A stretch of DNA of 64,000 bases from Macrostomum hystrix (taxonomy: Eukaryota; Animalia; Platyhelminthes): assembly GCA_950097015.1 (NCBI GenBank), contig CATNEN010000037.1, positions 3,844,001-3,908,000 of the forward strand. Direction: 5' to 3'. Made by a program: the position numbers and the translations under genes. Below the pieces are notes generated by a model, which saw only the letters and a list, made by a program, of their open reading frames with translations, was not told the origin of the DNA and did no database searches. This document shows, piece after piece, positions 46,671 to 58,900 of this stretch; position 1 is the first letter of the stretch, and every line of letters starts with the position of its first letter.

Positions 46671-46990
46671 GAGTAGCTCACGGTGTAGAGCTTCGAACTT
46701 CCGACCCAAGGGGTCGAGAGCTTAAATCTGGGCACTAGGGAAACTATTTTTGTCCTCGAACAAGATACTTAATTTCCCACCGCCTGTAGATGTGGCTTAA
46801 TCAGGCTAGGGCCCAATAGAGCCACATCTATGTTTTTGTTCTACACATTCGCATAGCAATAACACCTAACCCAGTAGGGCTAGCTAAGATACCAAGCCTG
46901 CGTACAGCTGTACAGTACGTGGGCTGAATGGTGAGCCGCCACAATTTTATAACCCCGATTGCTAGTAAAGCAGTGACCACTGGGTACAAT
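46671..46990 (+). mobile_element. tRNA-headed CORE-like SINE (family 3) with structured 3' part
   Basis: A-box-like TAGCTCACGGTGTAGAGC, CORE-like GTCCTCGAACAAGATACTTAA and an 11-bp hairpin (46787-46830). Only one copy in the window. Confidence 0.5.
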
Positions 46991-46994
46991 TTTG

Positions 46995-47645
46995 ATTGTG
47001 GGTCAGTGGGGCTCAGTAGGTCAGCAGTGGGTCAGTGGGGGCAAAGTAGGTCAGCATTGGGTCAGGTGGGGGCACAGTAGGTCAGCAGTGGGTCAGTGGG
47101 GGCACAGTAGATCAGCAGTGGGTCAGTGGGGACACAGTAGGTCAGCAGTGAGTCAGTGGGGGCACAGTAGGTCAGCAGTGGGTCAGTGGGGGCACAGTAG
47201 GTCAGCAGTGGGTCAGCAGTAGGTCAGTGGGGGCACAGTAGGTCAGCAGTGAGTCAGTGGGGGCACAGTAGGTCAGCAGTGGGTCAGGTGGGGGCACAGT
47301 AGGTCAGAAGTGAGTCAGTGGGGGCACAGTAGGTCAGAAGTGGGTCAGGTGGGTGCACAGTAGGTCAGCAGTGGGTCAGTGGGGGCACAGTAGGTCAGCA
47401 GTGGGTCAGTGGGGGCACAGTAGGTCAGCAGTGGGTCAGGTGGGTGCACAGTAGGTCAGCAGTGGGTCAGTGGGGGCACAGTAGGTCAGCAGTGGGTCAG
47501 TGGGGGCACAGTAGGTCAGCAGTGGGTCAGGTGGGTGCACAGTAGGTCAGCAGTGGGTCAGTGGGGGCACAGTAGGTCAGCAGTGGGTCAGTGGGGGCAC
47601 AGTAGGTCAGCAGTGGGTCAGTGGGGGCACAGTAGGTCAGCAGCG
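46995..47645 (+). repeat. 30-bp minisatellite GTGGGTCAGTGGGGGCACAGTAGGTCAGCA
   Basis: About 21 units. Confidence 0.95.
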
Positions 47646-48508
47646 GATATACAGTTAATAGTTAACTAATAGTCACTGCTCCCACAGCTAAGAGAGTGTC
47701 AAAAACGAAAAATACTCGCTGTTAGCTGAAGCTAATAATCTACAAAAAAGAAATTCGTTATAAAAAATCGACTTACAGCGTAAATTTTAATATCATGTTT
47801 TGTTAACAAAAATAGTTTACAGAAAATAACTATAGCTAAAGGGGTAAAAAAACACGGCTTATGTAAGTAATTATGATCAATTACCAATTCAAATTCATAT
47901 AAAAGGCATACTTCAACGGATTTGAAGTATGATGCAGACTTGGATTAACTAGGATTATATAAACACTAGATTTGTATTCAGCAATACGACCACTTCAGGT
48001 ATAAAAAGTATAAAATACACAAAGTTAGGCCAGTTTGGCATTATAAATAAAGAAATGGACGTATCGAATGACTATCGATGGACAATACAAAGTACAGAAT
48101 AAGCGAGCTGCCAGAGCAAATAAATGTGGGAATAATGAATTAGACAACACTGAGAAGCACGCGATTCGTATTTTATAAACGATTATAATAGAAAAGCAAC
48201 TATAACACGAAAGCATGATCGGTTAGACACAATTGGCTAGCATTTTTGTCGGTTGAATTTCAATCCGGCCAGCAGCGTTCCTTAATTTTGAAGTAAAAAT
48301 AAGAATTCAAGCGTAAAATGCTAATAGCCTGCTAACAGCCTTACCATCAAATTAAAACAGTTAGCGCTCAGTAGCCAACGTACTAAAATTCCTAAAAATG
48401 TAAAGAAACATGGCTTTCTAAAGTGTTAATAATTAAAGAACAACAACAATAATAGCACCCGCGTTGAAAAAGTCTGAGCTACAATCAAGCCAGCCAGTTC
48501 GCAGTCGC

Positions 48509-49505
48509 TTACAGCACCGTGCACCAGCCGCCGCGCTTCTGCACCACCGGCCCAGCCGCCGCTGCGGATGTCGCAGACTTGCTGGCAATGTTGCGGACTA
48601 GAGTGCTGGAGTCCTGCGTCACCTCGTGGCACTCCATCACAGTTGACAGGGTGCGCCTACCCGAAGCCTGCTGACGGCGCGCGATGCCGCCGACCAAAAC
48701 ACCACCGTCTGTTGAACCGTCGAACTGGGAGGCTGAACTAGAAGCGGCAACAACTGGTGTGGAAGCCGAGAACAGGACCGACAGTCGCGAGCTGGACTTT
48801 CTCGAATTGCCTGTTGTCTTCGACTTGGCCGGGCTGCTAATCTTGGACTTGTTAGCCATGGACTGTCGCTTTTTACTAGCAGATTTGCTCGCATTTGAAG
48901 CTGCAGCGGTGCGCTTTGATGTCGCTTTGGAAACTTGTCGATCCGGGCTGGCGGGAGCAGCGACGGCAGGCTTCAATGACGCGATGGTTGACACACGACG
49001 CCGTTTAGGTGGCGAATCGCCGGTGGCCTTCTTTGATGTTGCTTTAGCCGCCTGCGAAGCTTCAACTCCTGGACTGGCAGGTGCAGCGTTGGCAACCTTC
49101 GATGACGCGGCGGTTGACACACGACGCCGCTTGGGAGGCGAAGCGCCGCTGGCTTTCTTTGATGTTGACTTAGCCGATTCAACAATCGGACTATCTGGAG
49201 CGGCGACCTTTGATATAACAGCTGTTGAGACACGACGCCGTTTAGGCGGTGAAGCGGCGGCTTTCTTTGATGTCGATTTAGCCACCTGCGAGACTTCACT
49301 AGTGGTGATGGAGCTAGCCGGGGCGGCAGTGACGGCTGCCTTGGATGGCACAGCGGTCGACACGCGACGCCGTTTGGCTGGCGAAGCGCCGCCGCCGGCA
49401 GCCTTGTTGGCGGTCAGCTTGCGCACGGGGCTAACGCTAATTTTACGCTTCTTCGGCTTGGCATCGGCATCCACGGCAGCTGAGGCCAGGACAATCGGCT
49501 GCGAA
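48509..49505 (-). CDS. Basic Ser/Ala/Lys-rich repeat protein with C-terminal CaaX (CTVL); main exon, putative first coding exon at 54794/54782-54772
   Basis: Long ORF with four SP(A/P)KRRRVST repeats, ending KRGGWCTVL*. An acceptor TTTTATATCGCCAG at 49506 needs a phase-2 donor. ATGCCTCGGTG|GTGAGT at 54782-54766 fits, but this is speculative. Confidence 0.7.
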
Positions 49506-52500
49506 CTGGCGATATAAAAGTCAAATACAAATGCAAGTTCCTTAGACGTTTACTTTTAATGTATTTCTATAGATTGTAAACCAATCTCTAGACTCACGTT
49601 AATTGCAGCTCTTTATAATGCATCTGCTTTGATTCAGATTTAATAGTGGTAGTCTTAGTCGTCACTTTAGCAGAGTGTGATGATGATATCGCTGTACTTT
49701 CCTGCCTATGTGCGGCTGACATAGTAACAGTGCTGCAATATTAAAAAGTTGGGCGTAAAGCTTAAATAGGAACAATTTTTCTATCATTTAATTCTAAACA
49801 ATGCTTGCAAGCAACCCTGCACACCTAGTCTTTATCATGCTAATGTTTGTAACACCAGTGGTCTGCGAAATGTCAGCAAGTCTGAAGTGTTAGGAGTTCA
49901 GAAAAAATAGATTTCATTTTATTGCTCTGCCATAAACTAATAACAAATTTTGTAGCTAATTCAGCTTACAGCAGCTTACTTAGTTAGAACAGTGCTTGGA
50001 CGAGAATTCCTTGTAAGAACTGGTGATGGCCTAGAAGTAGATGATGAGGCCACTGTCAGTCTCCTGATAGGAATTAGAAAAAAACAAGACAGTACTGTTT
50101 TAAAAAATAATAGAGTTTTAATTTTATATTACACAAAATACAAGCAAAAGGCATGTAAAAACAAAATTGTATTTCTTAATTAAGATATCTTACCTTTGAA
50201 CCTTTGAAGGCATATTAGGAAAGCTGTAATAGATAGAGAAAATGTATTATGCTTATAGTATTTCGAATTTTCAGAAAATAAGATAGCCTTTATATAATAT
50301 ATGACAATAGACCGCATAATAATATATAATAATTTGAAATATATATATTTACATTAATCAAAACAAGCAAATACATTTCTGATTGTAGCTTTGTTCAAAC
50401 ATATTCTATTATCTACTTGCCATGTTAATTTCATTATTACTAGAAAAAGTAGATAACTGGTGACTATGCAATGGCATAAATTATTATTAATAAATATGCA
50501 ATGATGGCAGTATTAACAAATGTAATGTAAGAATAAGGGTCCATGTAAACATTAAAATGGACCATAATTAGACTAAAAATAAATTCAATAGACCACAAAA
50601 TACTATAATATAATGGGACCAAAGCAGTTGTTTTCTATTTTTTTTAAATGGCTTCAAGAGCAGCTGATGTCTCATTGATATTTTGAAATCTCAAGGTGAT
50701 ACAAATTCTCAGTTTTTACATATCAATTTCTTCGCTATGTGTCACATTATAATTTCCTAGGTAAAAGAATGTGTAGGTTGAAATGTCGTAACACTGTTGT
50801 AACACCCTGGCAACTTTGTCGATCTATTGGCTCAAGGGTTCAACAAAATGTTCAAACCCAAAAGGGCCTCGTTTCAAAGAACAAAACTGTGTGGATAAAC
50901 TTGGAATTAACGGCACAGCATATATAAAGAGTTGTAGACCTATTCATACAAGCTGCCATGTGGATAAGCAGAAAATTATTGGCACGGATCCATGTGGATA
51001 AAATTTAAATTATCAGCACAGGACCATGGGAATAACCTCTGCCTATCTGAAAACTTGTCAACTTTCTATGTTAGATAGGCCTAGGGGCCTAGCTATTGCC
51101 ATCGCCACTGCCATTATAAATTTTAGTTTAATAATTATATTTTTAATGATAAGTAAAAAATATATACAGCAAAGTTACTTTAAAATTTTAAATTTTATTT
51201 TCAATAAAGTTCTTTAGCTTCATGTTTCATGTTTGGTGCATGAAACAATGCACCAAACAAAGAAGTTGACTTTTGACAATTTTTTCCAATTTCAGGCCTA
51301 GACTAGGGAAGTTCAGCATTAAAAATGAGCAAAGCAAGCAAAAAGAGGTAAGATTTTAGCTGCAAGAAATAATAACACAATGATACAAAAAGATAATTAT
51401 TTTATATAATATATTATTACACATCCATATATTTTACATGTTTTTAATGTTTTAAACGAATCTCCATATTACCTTGAAAACAAAAAAGCGCGTATTTCTT
51501 AGTATAACAAACTTTTGTAGATTTTATTTCTAAATTGCTTTTAGATTTTTAATTTATGTCACAATAGTAAAACGCGTAGTTTTCCTTAATCGTTTTGTAT
51601 TTTAAACGTAATACTGAAACTTTTTATAGGAATGACTGTCAATACTGCTGCAATTACGCATCCTCTGCGTCAATTACCTTTTATCATTTTTCACCATATG
51701 TAACGGCCTACAAATAGGTTCATCACCGTATTGCTATTTTATGCAAGCTGCATTCCCTAGTTTAACCCATAAGCTTATAAAAATATCTTACTGCTAAAAT
51801 TTGATTTGATTTTTGTTAGACTTCACTCACTAGCTATATTAACAGAAAAAGACCAACCTACCTTTCCAAGCCTGCTGCCTTTCTATAGTTCTTCACATCA
51901 CTTATGTTTGTATTCACGTCTTAATAAATAGCTTAGATTGAAATTGTAGTCAAGTTCAGGAGAATAAATTCAGTTTCATGAAAATTATTAGGCCTACTAG
52001 GTGACTGCCCATATATCAAAGAAATTTTGCCCTTGTCTTGAAAAATCTATCATAGGCCTATTGGAAGTCAGACTGCTGTTATATTTTTTGCACATACATT
52101 ATGTCAGAGACTGAAGCCTTATCAACTGCAACACCAATGGAAACTAGTGATACTGAGGAAATGGAGGTTTCTTCTGAAAATGAAAGGGCAATAGAATCAA
52201 ACAGTGATCTCAGTAAGTAATTACCATGCATAAATGTTCTTTTTGTGATAAGTAACAATAAATTAATATAAAGTCTGTAACCTTTTGAATGAAACGATAA
52301 ACATTAAATTAAATGCTAGGAATCACATTACATTAGCTTGTTATGTCAATTACATTTACACACAGAAATGTTTCTCAACTAGCAGTAAAATAATGCTATT
52401 TTCAACAATTATTTGGGGCAATCCACTAGAATTGGTACTAAATCATTTTTTGGTTGAGATCAATTCTTCTGTATTTTAAGTAAAATTATAGAACAAATGA

Positions 52501-55500
52501 ACAAATTTATAGTTTAATATGTATTAACAGTTTAACTACTTGTTTTAATTTTGATACTATCTAACTACACCTACATCTTGAATGTCAAACTGGGAAATAG
52601 AGTGCAAAAAAGGAATTTGTCAAAGAAGTTTTGCTGAAAAAGGTGCCTCTAATGATATTCTTGTAGATGGCATAGTCAAAACATGGCTACAATTCAACCG
52701 TGTGCCCTCAGTTGGATCATTTAGGTTAATAAGTTAAGATGGTTGACAAATGTATGGTTGGATAGTTGGTTGTAGGCCTACCAACCATCTGTTATTATTC
52801 TTATCCAAGGCAGGACATATAGCTAGATAATAGGCTGCAGTGTTTACGCTTATCAATCAACTACCATGGTGCTAGTACAATGATTAGATCCTTGCTCCAC
52901 CATGCCAAAAATGTAGTACCCTCTTAGTACTAGCCCACATGGTACTTTTAATGTAAAAACTTGTTGTTATTGATCTTAACCACAGGACCTCTAAGTTACA
53001 TAGGGTAGGCCTAGTTCAGGTATTGAGCACAGGTATTGATATCCTAGTAGAACTTAGCCTAGTCAACCAGAGCATTCTAGCATCCAACATCCTAAATTCT
53101 TGTGCATATGGACTATAGATAATTTAATTCCATGAGCTCTGTCAGTTTAAGCTTACTAGCTTACAAATGATCCTTTAAAATGGACTCCTATCCATGGCAT
53201 GCTGTGCATGCACAAGCCTAACCATCAAGGAATCTCTTACCAAGTTGATATTGCAAGCATATTGCTGATGATTTGTCACCTCCAATAGGACAGTAGCTAT
53301 GCCTGCATTCATTAGCAATTAGGTAGTAAATTGCCAACCAATGCATAGCAGCCTAAGTGTCCATTTTCATTGTTGCTATGTTACTCAGGGTAAATGTAAA
53401 TATTTACTTGTTTACTAACTCTGATATTGGTCATATCTCTATCAATAGCACAATCCAACTTGTGGCTGCAGGTTATCCAGCCATTTGGAGACTATTATAT
53501 TAGTGTAGTAAGCAGTTTTGAAGAAAAAAAACTAAGTAATCCAAGTATTTGTATCTCAAAAGGTTTCCAAGCTGTTGTAGCCTTTTAAGCAAATATTCAA
53601 TTTTTAATACTTTGTCAACACATTTTAAATGTTATATGTAGTGACAAACTATAACAAAAATTTAGCTGTTACATTTTAAACTGTTAATTAGGTAACTTTT
53701 TTGTATTGTATAGTCGTAATAAATATAAAAATGTAATAATACAATTTCAGCAAAAAATATTTTAATAAGCAATTATATGGGATTGCCATTTTTGTCTACA
53801 AAGACAAAACTAATTCAAAAATTTATGTATACTAGTGCATCTTTAAAATATACTTGCCTGAAAACCATATATAACATATGAAGTTGAAGATGTAGAACCT
53901 TTTGGACAGTTCTTATGTATACAGATATGGCTATTAAAACATTAGTTTCCTGTACCTAAAAAACTGGTTCCTATATACAGTAGAATTAAAGAGAAAACTA
54001 TATAGCTACATTATTAGATTTCTATGAGTTACATGTATCTGTATGTGAGTAAATCAATATTGAGTAGATGGTATAGGATGCTATAATAGGGGTTACTAGC
54101 ACTTTAACTCCCCCTTTTAAGGGAAGATCAAACCAAATTGGATATGAGAGAAAATATTATTGTAGAAGTACTGCTGTTATATTAAAAAATGATGTCTTTG
54201 ACTGATTTATATGTATTCTAGTAAGAATCTTCTGGCCCACAGCCACACACTAATCTGTTGCTCTGGCTTGCACAGTTTTTAAGTTTGCCGCCCCCTGCTC
54301 TATATAAATACTTTCATCAATCAACCCTTGGTGCTTCACTGCAAACAACAGCTTCTAATCTTCTTCTCTTGCCTCTGGTTTGTAATAGGAGTATAATACA
54401 GTTTAGTGAGAATCTAATGCTGGCCTAGTTTCAGGCCTAGTCCCAACAGTTTTAAGTTTACTATAATTAGTTTCATATTTAAAATAAGTTACTTTTTCAT
54501 GTTTTGAAATCTTAGACTACTTATAATATGGATTAGCTACGCATAGCTATTGTTAAAATCCTTCTATGTTAGCCTGAATGTATTTCGAATCCCTTGCATT
54601 ACAACTTTGACTGGCATTGCGTGCTATGCTACTTGCTGTTTGCTCATTTGTGTCTATTTTTTATTGTTGGATTTGCGGTTGCACTTTTATGTTTTAGACC
54701 TCGTTACATTCTATGATATCTTTCTTTCTATCCCTCGTGTGCTGTCTCTCTCTCTAGCAGTGTTTACTCACCACCGAGGCATAAGTACTTCCATAGACAA
54801 GTCTAATAAATAGACCGCTGTTGTTGGCACTGGCCCTTAACGTTGTTGGTCAGTTAACGTGACATGACTTAGGGTTATTCAGTTTACAATTGCGAGTATC
54901 ACTTTATTAAACCTGTTAAATTGTCAGTTCTTTTAATCCTAAATCGAGAAATTACTATGACCTTTTCAAACTTCAATAAAATAGAAAGTGTCCCAATAGG
55001 GTTCATTCTTGACTTAATTAAGTGTGTTCAATATAATCATGCAATGATGTTGATCGACCAATGCAAGACCAATAAGAAGAAAGTAGTTTTTTTTCATTCC
55101 GCTGCTAAGTAGTTGTCCCTCGCTCCCTCTACCTCTTGTTAAACTCATTGTCCTTTGCACACTGTTTCGCGTAGGTTGGCGTTGGCGCAGGAGTTAAAAG
55201 TGAAAATGTTTACAACCGAAACGTTTTATTGTGAATAAGCATTAAGCCCGTCCGTTTGTACCTGTTAGTGTTTATTCAGTTCGGGTTATCGGTCTTATCT
55301 AGTTGCATTAGTTACCGTCATTCACTGTTCCTGTACCTCGAACATCTAGTAACCCATTCTTCTCTTTCCCTCGTCTTCCTCCCGCCTCTTAACCCGCGGA
55401 GCCTTTAGAGCGCTGTGAATAAGAGCTAATTTGAAAAAAGTAAGTCTCGGAAGAAGGAAGTCTCGGGGTGACAGCGCGGGACACAGTCCGCAGTCCACCC

Positions 55501-55942
55501 TCCTATGTCCTTTCGCGCGGCAACAGCAACAGGGGACAGAGGAGGGGTGGGGAGAGAAGGCACGGGGTATCGGACCTCGGCTCTGTCTAGAATAAAATAT
55601 GTAATACACACTGATCTAAGCCATAGCCAACCAGAGGTGTTGAAAGGGGGTAGTGTGACAGGGGGTTGGGCGGGCCGTGTGACACGCAATGCATATGTGC
55701 GCGCACATGGCACCCAGTGCCATCTTGAACGTCGCCGAGCCCACCTCCGTTTTCTCCCTCTCCCTCCCTGTCTCTCGTTGACTCTATTTAAAAGAAAGGC
55801 GACATTGCTTATTTCCCAGTAGACATTTTCTGCTTTTCTTCTCAGTTTTTTAAAGAGCACTAAAATCTCTAAGCTTGATTAACTAAGCAAGGCTACTTGA
55901 ACGGAGCAGATTAGCAGGAATGCGCTGCGTAGTGGGCCCTAA

Positions 55943-58900
55943 ATGACTGCTGTGATTTCTGGCCTACACCCAGCCGCAATGTGGCCCTTCAACAGGCACA
56001 GTAAGCGGCGCCATCGCTCAACCTCATCGAATTCTTCTACCCCATTGTCCTCCGCAGGCCAACAGAGAGCGGCCTCCTCAACCGCTGCCGAACGCTCGCT
56101 GCGCTGGCAGTTCTCACAGGTCAAGGGCACCGCCTGGGAGGCTGTGAACGAGCAGGACATCATCTCCTGCGTTGAATTCAACCACAACGGCGACCTGCTG
56201 GCCACCGGAGACAAAGGCGGCCGCGTTGTCGTATTTCAACGCTCGGATAGTGGACTGTACAATGTCTACTCGACCTTCACCAGTCACGAGCCGGAGTTCG
56301 ACTATTTGAAGTCGTTGGAGATCGAAGAGAAGATTAACAAAATCCGCTGGCTCCCTGGCCGCTACCGGGCCAACTTTCTCTTATCCACCAATGACAAAAC
56401 TGTCAAGCTTTGGCGCGTCAGCGAGAAGGACCGCGCCCTGGAGGCTGCGGAGCCGGATCCGAACGCCAACGCGCACGCCCTTCGCCTGCCGCGCTACGTC
56501 CCAGCCGAGCTGGTTGTGGAGGCCGCGCCTAGGCGCGTCTTTGCTAACGCGCACACTTATCATATTAATTCAATCTCGGTCAATAGCGACCAGGAGACAT
56601 TCCTTAGCGCCGACGATTTGCGCGTGAATCTCTGGCATCTGGGCATCACGGATCAGAGCTACAACATTGTTGACATCAAGCCTAACAACATGGAGGACCT
56701 CACCGAGGTGATTACAGCCGCAGAGTTTCACCCCAACCATTGTCACCTGTTCCTATATTCAAGCAGCAAAGGTTCCATTCGAATGTGCGACATGCGCCAG
56801 CGGGCCCTCTGCGATCAGCACGTTGGCATCTTTGAAGAGGCCGACGATCCGGCCAATCGATCATTCTTCTCAGAGATCATTTCGTCCGTTAGCGACATCA
56901 AATTTTCTCACTCTGGTCGCTACATTCTCAGCCGGGACTATCTTCAATTGAAGGGTGAGTTATCGACTGTTGTAGGGTTTTTGGTTTTGTTGTACCTTGT
57001 GACACAATGTCCACTGTAGCTGAGTTGCTGACCAGTCCAGTGTGTACAGTTCTCCTCGCCTTTTTGGTATAGTAGATCTCACAATTTCAGCCTCCCATAG
57101 GGATACCAAAGTACCCCTGACCACTCTTTTTCTCTCGCTTGCCCATTCCTCTCTTCTATCTATAGGAAATCGAGTTACCTTCTACATCTTGGCACCAAAG
57201 CCTGTCCATTGGCTTCTAAAAGAGGAAGAACAGGGTAGAGTAACCGCGGCGCCAGTGGAGCTAATTGAATCCCTTCCGCCGCCTTCTCATCCTCTTTGCC
57301 GGATCCCGTCACGGATCCGATTCCCTCCGCCCAGTCTGAAATAATCGGCCAATAAATGCTATCCGTCGCTGTCACCGATACTGCAATTTGCCTACTCGGG
57401 CCTATCCTACCCCATGTCCCTGCTTAGCCCTTCTACGCTGTGTTGCATATTTTGGATAAAGCATGAAAAGAAGCGGAAAATCTCTACCTTACTGAGGATT
57501 GTCTTGGAAAAGTTCGATCGATCCTCTTGCATTTGAACATTTATATCCCTTGGCTTCAGGGGTCAAGAAGGCTTGTCAAGCTCTGTAATAAGCAACTGGG
57601 GGGGGGCTTTTTCTGCTCAGAGAGGCTAGAAATGGCTTTTTAGGATACTGTTTCTCCCTATTCAAATATGCTTCCGTGTCTTCTTCTTTTTAAGCCCTTT
57701 GTTTGAGAACTGCCTGATGATACAGCTGTCCTCATATCTGTTGCAAAGATGAAAGGGCTTAAGTAGAAAGGTAGCGGCTAGGGATACGGACGGATTGAGC
57801 AGAAAAGCCTGGCTGTTGGAATTGTCGAAACAAACACGAGTGGAAAAATATCCATAGGGGCAACTTGTTTATGCAGGGAGGCTGTGAGCCCTGACGCATA
57901 GATTGAAAACATTCGACCCGCAGCTGGTAAGGAGGCCTTTTTGCATTCCCATTTCGCTTGCCCCTGAGCACACACACGAAGGTTTGTACATCTGCCCTGA
58001 CTCTCTTATTGTCAGGCAGTGTACAATCTCCTTGTCCCCTGAATAGGTTGGTCCTCATCGGCGTAAATTAATGCGGTCAACCCCTCCACTCAAGAATTGA
58101 GGGTAAAATGCTTTTTTTACAATTAGCTTTTGCAGCTGATATGAAGAAGCTAATCATGAATCCCATTCCATTCCTGTTCAATCAGTTTGGGATCTGAACA
58201 TGCCAACCAAGCCGGTTGAGGTGTATCCGGTGCACGAGCACTTTAGGCGAAACCTGTGCGCCATGTACGAGAACGACAGCATCTTTGACAAGTTCGAGTG
58301 CTGCTGGTCCGGCGATGATAGGTGAGTTTTAATGCGGCTTCACAGTCCTGCCTGTCTGTCTGGCTTTTTGCAGAACTTGAAATTCGGCAGCTTATTGCTT
58401 GTACGCATGAGCTGCTTCATTAATATCTATCTCTATGTATCTCTATAGACAAGAAAAACAGACAAATACCCACAAAGAGAGGAGGCTATATAAGAAAGGT
58501 GGGTGTATAGGCGCAGGTGCAGCTGACTGAGAGGCACACTGAGTCTGCGATGCATAACTAGGAGCCGGCAGCTGCAGAACGACTTTAATGACAGTCCAGT
58601 CGCGTTCCCAGTGTCGTCTATTCGATTTCGTGCAGAATTTTCGCCCCGCCGTTCGTGATGCGAATTACCCAAATCTGGATTTAAATGCAACGGCTTGAAT
58701 AGGACCTGTAATTAGCCTTGCTTGTCTCTGGCCGGCCCATCATCCCTTTAATTTCGGGATTTCGCCCTATCTGTTTCTCTTCCTCTTCCTCTCTTTGCTT
58801 TTATGTTCTCTCACTCTGCCTTCCCTCCGCCTTCCTTCTTCTGCTTCGCTTCTCTCGGCCTTCATTTTCCGCTTCCCGTGTCTCACCAGTTGCTCCACCT

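Noticed and set aside
48684-49517. 277-aa + strand ORF
   Set aside because: Antisense shadow of the CaaX protein ORF. The same applies to shadow ORFs over gene 1, the LINE and B55.
57714-57760. Hammerhead-like CTGATGA...GAAA
   Set aside because: No stem II closes between the two core motifs.
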